Shown: piece by piece, positions 38,321 to 46,446 of the stretch
Numbering within the stretch: position 1 is the stretch's first letter
Layout of the letters: the number at the start of each line of letters is the position of its first letter
DNA from: Prevotellaceae bacterium
GTDB lineage: Bacteria > Bacteroidota > Bacteroidia > Bacteroidales > Bacteroidaceae
DNA: 64,000 nucleotides
NCBI GenBank assembly: GCA_028723455.1
Contig: JAQYEW010000064.1
Location: 5,617 to 69,616 of the forward strand
Reading direction: 5' to 3'
Position numbers and translations under genes: made by a program
The notes under the pieces: model-generated
The model's database searches: none
Told to the model about the DNA's origin: nothing
Seen by the model: the letters and a program-made list of their open reading frames with translations, nothing else

Positions 38321-39335
38321 CAGCGCTGTTTTTTATTGAAGAAATCGCAGAATACTCCACGATGGACGACCATATCAAAGCGTCGGACAAGGAGATGGGA
38401 TATGTATCCATTGATAGCATATCTCGTACCAACATTGCGTCCATAATGTAATTCATCATGTTGTCCACGGACAGGCTTTCGCCCTTTTCGATAATCTGCT
38501 TATACTTCGTTTCTATCTTGCCAATCACAAACATTTCCGCCTGCTGGCCTGTCAGTACCTCGTCGCCAATCTGAACAACCGGAACCGGATATTTCTGAAC
38601 GAAGCCTTGTGTGCCGCATGTGGTTTGCAGACGGCTGTAAGGACGTGGTGTCGTTTCGTCGAACTGCAACAATACGCTTACGCCCGACCTTGTCTTTAAC
38701 AGGCTGCTGTTCAGTGAGTTTTTCCCATCCATAGAAACGATTGATTCAAAACAGTCCTCGCCGAGCAACTGGGCGACCGGCCCAATACCATGCGTGGGGT
38801 AAGGATTGCCTTGATAACCCGTGGCGGCTTCAGAACCAAGGTAATGGATGTATGCGCCTTCCAGATGGGTTAATTCCCCAAGAAATCCCTGACGTACAAG
38901 AGACAGGGTACCCAAGTGAAAGGGATCAAAACAACAGTTTTCCAAAAGAAACAGCTTTCTCCGGCTCGTCTGTACGGCATTGCGAATACGCCGGCAATCA
39001 GCGATGGTTGTTGCCGCGGGTATCTCCAGAGCTACGTGTTTTCCACTGTCCAGGGCTTGCACCGCCAATGAAGCGTGCGACTCCCAGTTGGTGCAGATAT
39101 AGACAAGGTCGACATCAGGTGCCTGACAGATAGCATCAAAGTCCCCTATCCTTACCGCAGATGAGCCACGCTCCTCCAACTCCTTCTGCGCCAATGCGAT
39201 TTGCGGTGCGTTGTGGTCGCAGAGCCAGGTGAATTGTGCTTCAGGGATAAAGCGATAGCGCCGTAGGGTTGCCATGCCACGATAGCCAAGCCCTACGAGT
39301 GCAATGCGAATTTTATCTGTCGTTGCTGTTGTCAT
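38304..39335 (-). CDS. Gfo/Idh/MocA family oxidoreductase
   Basis: ORF track, 343 aa. The N-terminal Rossmann motif is IRIALVGLGYRGMATL, and EIP/ENC motifs (VALEIPAA, FLLENCCFDP) are present. Confidence 0.75.
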   Translation of the reverse strand: MTTATTDKIRIALVGLGYRGMATLRRYRFIPEAQFTWLCDHNAPQIALAQKELEERGSSAVRIGDFDAICQAPDVDLVYICTNWESHASLAVQALDSGKHVALEIPAATTIADCRRIRNAVQTSRRKLFLLENCCFDPFHLGTLSLVRQGFLGELTHLEGAYIHYLGSEAATGYQGNPYPTHGIGPVAQLLGEDCFESIVSMDGKNSLNSSLLKTRSGVSVLLQFDETTPRPYSRLQTTCGTQGFVQKYPVPVVQIGDEVLTGQQAEMFVIGKIETKYKQIIEKGESLSVDNMMNYIMDAMLVRDMLSMDTYPISLSDALIWSSIVEYSAISSIKNSAEKIYI

Positions 39336-40150
39336 AAATCATCGTCCTCTCCCGTGGAGATGTGCATGCCATCGCCCATATCCTCGTCAAGTTCCTCATT
39401 ATCGGCTGCTTCACGGGCGTATTGACTGTAATAGGTGTCGTCGTTCTCGTCCATAAGGTCGTCGTCCGTATTGTCCTGATCGGAATCCATATTGTCATCC
39501 TCCAGGATCAGGTCGTCATCGTCAAAGGTATTATCTTCGGCAATGAACTGACTCTCGTCCACCTCCTGCTTCTTTCGTGCGAAAATGGCTTCGGTCCACG
39601 TTCCTTTGGGGATTTCCAGCACCTCGAAACCCGCTTTCAGCTTACGCTCCATCGACCCTCCGGGGGCATGGATGCGCGAGGTGGGCAGTTGGCTTGTGGA
39701 AATATCGAAAGCGCTTTCGATAATCATCTTCAGGTCGTTGGGCACAGCGTCCCATCCCCCGCCAAAATTGTTATTGATGAGTTCCAGCAACGTAGCGGCG
39801 GAAACAAACTTGATGTTCTGCATCGAAAGGTCGCTGAGTTTGGTAATGTGCTTTTCGCGAATGGCTATTCTTTGCCCCGGCAGCATTGTGCTCTCCAACT
39901 GCACCCAATCGCTGCCTTTCTGGCCATACATGTTTTCCTCTTTGTCATTATCGGGATTGTAATGCACCACCTCAAAAGCCAGACGGAGCGTGTTCAGAAT
40001 CTTATCCTCCCACTTTGAGAATTCATCCCCCTCACGTTCTTTTTCCCACAATTTTGCTATTTGATAAGCATCATTTCCCCATACATTCTGGGTACTTAAA
40101 TCTTTGATTGACTCCAGGGAGCCTGCAGTGCCCTTTCCTTTCTTTGCCAT
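39332..40150 (-). CDS. Hypothetical protein with an extremely acidic C-terminal tail of about 75 aa
   Basis: ORF track, 272 aa. The tail is ..EDNTFDDDDLILEDDNMDSDQDNTDDDLMDENDDTYYSQYAREAADNEELDEDMGDGMHISTGEDDDL. It has a 4-nt overlap (ATGA) with the downstream oxidoreductase. Confidence 0.7.
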   Translation of the reverse strand: MAKKGKGTAGSLESIKDLSTQNVWGNDAYQIAKLWEKEREGDEFSKWEDKILNTLRLAFEVVHYNPDNDKEENMYGQKGSDWVQLESTMLPGQRIAIREKHITKLSDLSMQNIKFVSAATLLELINNNFGGGWDAVPNDLKMIIESAFDISTSQLPTSRIHAPGGSMERKLKAGFEVLEIPKGTWTEAIFARKKQEVDESQFIAEDNTFDDDDLILEDDNMDSDQDNTDDDLMDENDDTYYSQYAREAADNEELDEDMGDGMHISTGEDDDL

Positions 40151-40235
40151 GTGTCTTATATTTCACTTTTTTAGAGCTACAAAAATAAAGAAAAGAAATG
40201 TTCTGTACAAAGCCAACGGGATGAAAAATATTTTT

Positions 40236-40243
40236 TATCTTTG
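40236..40243 (+). promoter_or_regulatory. Bacteroidota -7 box (TAtcTTTG) for ispE
   Basis: The sequence is tatctttg, 18 nt upstream of the ATG at 40261. Confidence 0.45.
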
Positions 40244-40260
40244 TTAATGCTTATAATACA

Positions 40261-41082
40261 ATGATGAGTAGATTTCAAGAAATTTCGCTTCGCCCCTGTG
40301 CCAAGATAAATCTGGGGCTGTATATCACTGAACGCCGATCGGATGGCTACCACAATCTGGAGACCGTCTTCTACCCTATCCCTCTATGCGACGATCTGAC
40401 GCTTGCCCTGTCAGACGAAGACCAGCTGACGCTGGAGGGTTTCGCATTGGAGGGGAATCCAATGGATAATCTGGTGATGAAAGCTGTCGGCAAACTGCGA
40501 ACAGAAGGTTACGAAGTGCCTCCCATACATATCACGCTGCGCAAGAACATTCCCAGCGGAGCGGGATTGGGCGGCGGCAGCAGTGATGCCGCCTACGTGA
40601 TGAGGGGCTTGAACGAGCTTCTGAATCTGCATATTCCTACGGCGCGCTTACAAGGAATGGTGTCCGCGCTGGGAGCCGACTGCGCTTTCTTCATTACGGA
40701 CACCCCGATGTATGCCACGGGTATCGGAGATATCCTTACGCCCTGCGAGCTGAATCTTGCAGGCTACTGGATTACGCTTGTAAAGCCCGATGATTTTGTA
40801 AGCACGCGCGAGGCGTATGGCGGCGTTATGCCCCGTAACCCTCAATACGACCTGAGAGAAAGCCTAAGGGCTGACATACATACTTGGCAAGAGACGGTAA
40901 GCAATGATTTTGAGCGGAATATTCTGCCCCAGCACCCCGCCATTGCTGAAACCAAGCAAAAACTTCTGGATGCAGGTGCCTTGTATGCCTCGATGAGCGG
41001 AAGCGGAAGTGCTGTTTTCGGTATCTTTGCAGATGAAACATACATAGAAACGCCTTATTTCCAATTCTCAAGCAGATTATAG
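40261..41082 (+). CDS. ispE: 4-(cytidine 5'-diphospho)-2-C-methyl-D-erythritol kinase
   Basis: ORF track, 273 aa: AKINLGLYITERRSDGYHNLETVF and the GHMP motif IPSGAGLGGGSSDAA. Confidence 0.93.
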   Translation: MMSRFQEISLRPCAKINLGLYITERRSDGYHNLETVFYPIPLCDDLTLALSDEDQLTLEGFALEGNPMDNLVMKAVGKLRTEGYEVPPIHITLRKNIPSGAGLGGGSSDAAYVMRGLNELLNLHIPTARLQGMVSALGADCAFFITDTPMYATGIGDILTPCELNLAGYWITLVKPDDFVSTREAYGGVMPRNPQYDLRESLRADIHTWQETVSNDFERNILPQHPAIAETKQKLLDAGALYASMSGSGSAVFGIFADETYIETPYFQFSSRL

Positions 41083-41149
41083 GCAAGAAAAAGGGATTCT
41101 CCCCTACTCCTTTAGGTTTTTCCCCTTTGCGGGCTGGTGCTTTAAGGCC

Positions 41150-41157
41150 TAACTTTG
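41150..41157 (+). promoter_or_regulatory. Bacteroidota -7 box (TAacTTTG)
   Basis: The sequence is taactttg, 32 nt upstream of the ATG at 41189. Confidence 0.45.
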
Positions 41158-41188
41158 CAATATCAAAAACTTAAACAAGGACACGATT

Positions 41189-42157
41189 ATGAAACGCTAT
41201 CTATTATTACTTGCAACATTCCTTACCCTTGCATTCAATGCCAAGGCTTTGGATTATGAGACAGCGCGCGAGCAGGCTTATTATCTGACGGATAAAATGG
41301 CATACGAGTTGAACCTGAACGACGCGCAGTACAACGATGCCTTTGAGATCAATCTCGATTATCTGTTGTCGCTGAACTCACCCATGGACATCGAGTTGGC
41401 CTATCTGCGCAACCGCAATGAGGACCTTCGTTATATCCTGATGGATTGGCAGTGGCGCGCTTTTATGGCGGAGGAGTATTTCTTCAATCCCGTCCGTTGG
41501 GTAAGCGGTGCCTGGTATTTCCCCATCTATCGCCACTATCATCGCACCTATTATTTCTATGACCGCCCACGTATCTTTTGGGATTACCGTGGCGCCCACG
41601 GCCGCGTGTACTATCATGGACGCAGCTTCTACGCCGATCGCCGCCACAGTTGGAACGGAGGTTTGAGAGGAAACCACCACGGTTTGATTGGACGTCCCAT
41701 CAACGGCCGCAACGGACGGTACGACAACCATGGACGCTTTGGCAACGACCATCGCAGGGACTATAGCAATCAATACAACCGTTACAATCGCAATGACCGC
41801 AGTCAGCGCAGAGACTACAACAATGGATATGACCGCAATGACCGCTACAACCGTAGGGACTACAATAACCGCAGCGACCGTAGCAGTCGCAACTCCCTGA
41901 ACGACCGCATCAATAACCCCGTTCAGCGCTATGATGGAGGAGATATGCGCAGCAGCAGCCGTACGACAGTAAATTCCACGCGCAACTTCGGCACTACACG
42001 CTCAACGGGTGTTGAAAGCAGAGGTGTAACGGACAATCAAAACATGGGTGCAGGGCGAAGCATCAGCAGCGGACGCAGCATGGAAAGCGGCCGTAGCGCA
42101 GGAAGCACCCGTGGCGATTTCCAAGGCGGCGGTAGCCGTAGCAGTGGCAGAAGATAA
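41189..42157 (+). CDS. Secreted protein with a structured N-terminal domain and a low-complexity C-terminal half of about 180 aa rich in Arg, Asn, Asp, Tyr and Ser
   Basis: ORF track, 322 aa. The signal peptide is MKRYLLLLATFLTLAFNAKA. The tail reads ..RRDYSNQYNRYNRNDRSQRRDYNNGYDRNDRYNRRDYNNRSDRSSRNS..GRSISSGRSMESGRSAGSTRGDFQGGGSRSSGRR. Confidence 0.7.
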   Translation: MKRYLLLLATFLTLAFNAKALDYETAREQAYYLTDKMAYELNLNDAQYNDAFEINLDYLLSLNSPMDIELAYLRNRNEDLRYILMDWQWRAFMAEEYFFNPVRWVSGAWYFPIYRHYHRTYYFYDRPRIFWDYRGAHGRVYYHGRSFYADRRHSWNGGLRGNHHGLIGRPINGRNGRYDNHGRFGNDHRRDYSNQYNRYNRNDRSQRRDYNNGYDRNDRYNRRDYNNRSDRSSRNSLNDRINNPVQRYDGGDMRSSSRTTVNSTRNFGTTRSTGVESRGVTDNQNMGAGRSISSGRSMESGRSAGSTRGDFQGGGSRSSGRR

Positions 42158-42173
42158 ACACAAAGAATGATTG

Positions 42174-44996
42174 ATGAATAAAAAGTTTCTTTCGATCGCA
42201 GGATGGTGCTTGGCCGCTCTTGCAGCCAGCGCAAAGTCACGAGAGATTAAGCAAACAGAGAATATCCAGATCGAAGTGCAGCAGGGCCAAGTGCCCTCGC
42301 TGCCCTTTTCTGTATTCGTTACCTACACTGACGGCACGCAGGCATGGCGCCAGACGCGTTGGGAGCTCTGTCAGCGTTCGGACGAAGAATTGCTCACCAA
42401 GAAAACGGTTGGAGAATCATACACCCTAAAAGGATACATCCTGGGCAGCGATGCCTCCAGTCTTGGGTATCCTGTTGAAGCCCGCGTACGCGTGGTAGCG
42501 GGAAGCCGGGTGCCTGCCCTGCCCATAGCCGACCCTTTACCCGTGGCTCAAGTTAGTTTGACGGGCAAAAACCGGCTAACCAGTAATGCCGCCATGGACG
42601 TAAAGCAACTTCTTGGTCTGGACATCACACAACAGTTATACAATTATCGCGACACTTATGGACTATCCACAGAGGGCTATACCAGAAGCGACGGATGGGA
42701 CAGTCCCACCACCAAACTCAAGGGGCATGGTACGGGACATTACCTGAGTGCATTGGCTTATGCCTATCACGCCACCCCCAACCGGGAACTGCGCGATAGT
42801 CTCCTCTCACGTATTCGCCGAATGGTCAATGAAATGCGTGAATGTCAAGAGCGCACTTTCGTGTGGAGCGACTCGCTGGGACGCTATTTTGAAGCGCGCG
42901 ATTTGGCACCCGAAGCTGAACTTCGGACATTGGGAGGTGGTTGGACTGACTTCGAGCGTTACAAAAAAGATTTTCGACATTATGGCTATGGTTATCTGAA
43001 CGCAATTCCTGCCCAGCATGCGGCACTTGTGGAGATGTACCGCCCATATAATAATGAATCGGGTGTGTGGGCGCCCTATTATTCCATTCATAAACAGTTG
43101 GCGGGTCTGATTGATATTGCCAATCTGATAGATGATAGAACGGTGGCGGAAAAGGCTGCGCAGATTGCCAACGATATGGGCATGTGGGTATGGAATCGTC
43201 TGCATTATCGTACGTTCGCTGATTCAAAAGGCACGCGTGAAGAACGTCGTCAACGGCCGGGCAATCGGCTGGAGATGTGGAATATGTATATCGCCGGAGA
43301 AGTGGGAGGCATGGCGGAAAGTCTGGCCCGATTAAGTGAAATGGCTGGCGACAAGCAAACGAAGGAACGTTTCTTGGAAGCCGCCGGCTATTTTGACGCA
43401 CCCCTGTTTTTTGATCCCCTTAGCCGCAATATCGACGATATCCGTACACGACACGCAAACCAACATATTCCGATGGTTACAGGAGCCTTGCGCAGCTATC
43501 GCAGCAATCACAATCCTTACTATTATCAGGTGGCCAGGAACTTCTGGCACTTGGTGCAGGGACGCTACGCATACGCTATGGGTGGTGTGGGCAACGGAGA
43601 GATGTTCCGCCAGCCCTATGCCCAAATGCTCAGCATGAACACAAACACCATGAGCGACCATGAACGCAACATGATTCCCAACCCCGATATGAATGAAACG
43701 TGCTGCGCCTATAACCTGGCCAAACTGACCAAGGAACTGAACTGCTATACGCCCGATGATGCCAGTTTGATGGACTATTACGAACGCGTACTTTATAATC
43801 AAATCGTTGGCTCTTTGCACCCCCATCAATGGGCTTGTACCTACCAATATGCTGTTGGATTGAATGCCATCAAGCCCTTTGGTAACGAAACCCCACAAAG
43901 CACCTGTTGCGGAGGTACAGGAGTGGAGAATCACGTGAAATATGCAGAAGCAGCTTACTTTCATAATGACTCTACGCTTTGGGTCGCTCTGTATCTGCCC
44001 TCAGAAGCGAAGTACAAAGGAATCATGCTTCATCAGCAGTGTGCCTGGCCCGCAGAGAGCAGTCGCATTGAACTGACGGGCGAGGCGGACTTTGCTCTCA
44101 GGCTGCGCGTTCCCTATTGGGCAGACCGGGGCTTTCGCATCAGACTAAACGGGAAAACCATTGCCAAAGCCCCTCGTCCCGGTAGTTATTATGAAATCCC
44201 CTACCGCCATTGGCGTACAGGCGATTTCGTGGAAATAGAAATGCCCTTTGCCGCACACATCTATTATGGTGCGGACAAGATGGAATTGGCAGCAACAGAC
44301 AAGAACCAAACGAGTACGCCCTTCGCCCCACAATGGCTGGGAGCCGTAATGTATGGTCCCTTGGTGATGGCAAGCACGGAAATACACACGTGGGCAGAGA
44401 CAGAAGTCAATGTAAGCGGCAAACTAAAAGAAATCCGGCTTCAAGGGGCAACGACAGATGACGGCACGGGTGGGCCGCTTTACACGCTCAGTTTGGCAGG
44501 CAAACGCTTCCTGCCCGATTATGCGATTACTGACCACGCCACGCATTATTTACGTATCAATCATACGGATGCCGTTAAGGGAACGCGAGGCCAGGGTATA
44601 GAGAAAGGGATATTGGCACAGGTTATTACCCTGGCAGAAGAGCGCCTGCAGCGGCCAACGAATTGGGCGCCTCATGGTCTTCAACGTCTTCGAAACCAAT
44701 TGGAAATAGCCAAGGTATTCATGTTGTCAGAAAACTCGCAAGCAGCCATTGACCAAGCGGCCGGCAACCTGAATATCGCCATCAACACCATGCGCCCTGC
44801 CCATTTGGCCGAGCCTGAAGACTTGACCGCGTTGTATTCACTGCTGACCGAAAGAAAACAGCGGGGAAACAAAACGGATAAGTTGCACCTTGCCATCCAA
44901 TATGCCGAGATGGTTGTACAATACGTTAACGATGGAAGTGGAACGCCCGATATGATAGAAAAGGCTTTGCGTCAGCTGAAGGAAAACAAAGAATGA
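42174..44996 (+). CDS. Glycoside hydrolase family 127/146-like (DUF1680, beta-L-arabinofuranosidase type) with N- and C-terminal extensions
   Basis: ORF 42171..44996 (TTG) trimmed to the ATG at 42174 (MNKKFLSIAGWCLAALAASA). Motifs are KLKGHGTGHYLSALAYAY, and the Cys ligands NETCCAYN and STCCGGTGVENHVKY. Confidence 0.75.
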   Translation: MNKKFLSIAGWCLAALAASAKSREIKQTENIQIEVQQGQVPSLPFSVFVTYTDGTQAWRQTRWELCQRSDEELLTKKTVGESYTLKGYILGSDASSLGYPVEARVRVVAGSRVPALPIADPLPVAQVSLTGKNRLTSNAAMDVKQLLGLDITQQLYNYRDTYGLSTEGYTRSDGWDSPTTKLKGHGTGHYLSALAYAYHATPNRELRDSLLSRIRRMVNEMRECQERTFVWSDSLGRYFEARDLAPEAELRTLGGGWTDFERYKKDFRHYGYGYLNAIPAQHAALVEMYRPYNNESGVWAPYYSIHKQLAGLIDIANLIDDRTVAEKAAQIANDMGMWVWNRLHYRTFADSKGTREERRQRPGNRLEMWNMYIAGEVGGMAESLARLSEMAGDKQTKERFLEAAGYFDAPLFFDPLSRNIDDIRTRHANQHIPMVTGALRSYRSNHNPYYYQVARNFWHLVQGRYAYAMGGVGNGEMFRQPYAQMLSMNTNTMSDHERNMIPNPDMNETCCAYNLAKLTKELNCYTPDDASLMDYYERVLYNQIVGSLHPHQWACTYQYAVGLNAIKPFGNETPQSTCCGGTGVENHVKYAEAAYFHNDSTLWVALYLPSEAKYKGIMLHQQCAWPAESSRIELTGEADFALRLRVPYWADRGFRIRLNGKTIAKAPRPGSYYEIPYRHWRTGDFVEIEMPFAAHIYYGADKMELAATDKNQTSTPFAPQWLGAVMYGPLVMASTEIHTWAETEVNVSGKLKEIRLQGATTDDGTGGPLYTLSLAGKRFLPDYAITDHATHYLRINHTDAVKGTRGQGIEKGILAQVITLAEERLQRPTNWAPHGLQRLRNQLEIAKVFMLSENSQAAIDQAAGNLNIAINTMRPAHLAEPEDLTALYSLLTERKQRGNKTDKLHLAIQYAEMVVQYVNDGSGTPDMIEKALRQLKENKE

Positions 44997-45079
44997 TCTT
45001 CTTGGGGAGAAAGGTTTTCCAGACAATCCAAATAGCCATTTTTTTGTGTTGTATTGGGGAAATGGTGCTGTTTTTTGCG

Positions 45080-45087
45080 TACCTTTG
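45080..45087 (+). promoter_or_regulatory. Bacteroidota -7 box (TAccTTTG) for serS
   Basis: The sequence is tacctttg, 29 nt upstream of the ATG at 45116. Confidence 0.5.
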
Positions 45088-45115
45088 TATGAAATTGTAA
45101 TTTAATAAAAGAAAA

Positions 45116-46432
45116 ATGCTTACACTTAAACTCATTACAGAGGAAACGGAGCGCGTAATCCGTGGTCTCGAGAAGAAACACTTCGTAGGTGCACGCGAGT
45201 CCGTTCAGGATGTTTTGAATACAGACAAACAACGTCGCGAGGCGCAAACGGCTCTGGACAAGAATTTGAGCGAAGCCAAGAAATTGGCGGCCGAGATTGG
45301 AGCTTTGATGAAGCAAGGCAAGAAGGAAGAGGCTGAAGCGGTGAAAGCCCAAGTGGCTGTGCTGAAGGAAGCTGCCAGGACCTTGGAACAGCAGAAAGAA
45401 GAAGCGGAGAAGAAACTTGTGGAGCTGCTCTGCCAGATTCCCAACATTCCTTATGACCAGGTGCCCGAAGGCAATGGTGCCGAGGATAATCAAGTGGTGA
45501 AGAGCAACCTGCGCGAATGTAAGGAAGGAGACACCGTAGGCAACTGGGATACGGTTGTTGATAACGGTGAAGCAAAGCTTCCCCATTGGGAACTGGCAAA
45601 GAAGTATAACCTTATCGACTTTGATTTGGGCGTGAAGATTTCGGGTGCCGGCTTTCCCGTTTATCGTGGCTGGGGCGCTCGCCTTCAGCGTGCCCTCATC
45701 AACTTCCTCCTTGACGAGGCACGCAAAGCCGGTTATGAAGAGATTATGCCCCCCACGGTAGTGAACGCTGCCAGTGGTTATGGTACAGGCCAGTTGCCTG
45801 ATAAAGAGGGTCAGATGTACCATTGCAATTTGGACGACCTCTATTTGATTCCTACCGCAGAGGTGCCCGTAACGAACATCTATCGTGATGTGATTATTGA
45901 GGAGAAAGACCTGCCTATCAAGAATTGTGCCTACACACAATGTTTCCGTCGCGAAGCCGGTTCGTATGGCAAGGAGGTGCGTGGTTTGAACCGTCTGCAC
46001 GAGTTCTCAAAGATAGAGATCGTACGCATTGACACCCCCGAGCACAGCGACGAAAGCCACAAGGAGATGCTGGCTCATGTAGAAGGCCTGTTGCAGAAAT
46101 TGGAACTCCCCTACCGCATCTTACGCCTCTGTGGCGGAGATATGAGTTTTACCAGCGCCATCTGTTACGACTTCGAGGTTTATTCCGAAGCTCAGAAACG
46201 CTGGCTGGAAGTAAGTTCGGTGTCAAACTTCGATACTTATCAGGCCAATCGTTTGAAATGCCGCTATCGTCGTGCCGCCGACAAGAAAACAGAGATTGCA
46301 CACACTTTGAACGGTTCTGCCTTAGCTTTGCCCCGCATCGTGGCGGCCTTGTTGGAGAACAACCAGACGGCTGAGGGCATCCGCATCCCTGCCGCCTTGG
46401 TTCCCTATATGGGCACGGACTTAATCAATTAA
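45116..46432 (+). CDS. serS: Serine--tRNA ligase
   Basis: ORF track, 438 aa, with an N-terminal coiled-coil arm and class II motifs (FRREAGSYG, GSALALPR). Confidence 0.96.
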   Translation: MLTLKLITEETERVIRGLEKKHFVGARESVQDVLNTDKQRREAQTALDKNLSEAKKLAAEIGALMKQGKKEEAEAVKAQVAVLKEAARTLEQQKEEAEKKLVELLCQIPNIPYDQVPEGNGAEDNQVVKSNLRECKEGDTVGNWDTVVDNGEAKLPHWELAKKYNLIDFDLGVKISGAGFPVYRGWGARLQRALINFLLDEARKAGYEEIMPPTVVNAASGYGTGQLPDKEGQMYHCNLDDLYLIPTAEVPVTNIYRDVIIEEKDLPIKNCAYTQCFRREAGSYGKEVRGLNRLHEFSKIEIVRIDTPEHSDESHKEMLAHVEGLLQKLELPYRILRLCGGDMSFTSAICYDFEVYSEAQKRWLEVSSVSNFDTYQANRLKCRYRRAADKKTEIAHTLNGSALALPRIVAALLENNQTAEGIRIPAALVPYMGTDLIN

Positions 46433-46446
46433 AATAACACACCCTC

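Noticed and set aside
32051-44996. The possibility that the GH43 (32051-34135) and GH127-like (42174-44996) genes mark a polysaccharide utilisation locus.
   Set aside because: There is no SusC/SusD pair, hybrid two-component sensor or ECF/anti-sigma pair nearby. The two hydrolases are separated by housekeeping genes (serC, serA, ispE), so they are orphan glycosidases rather than a PUL.
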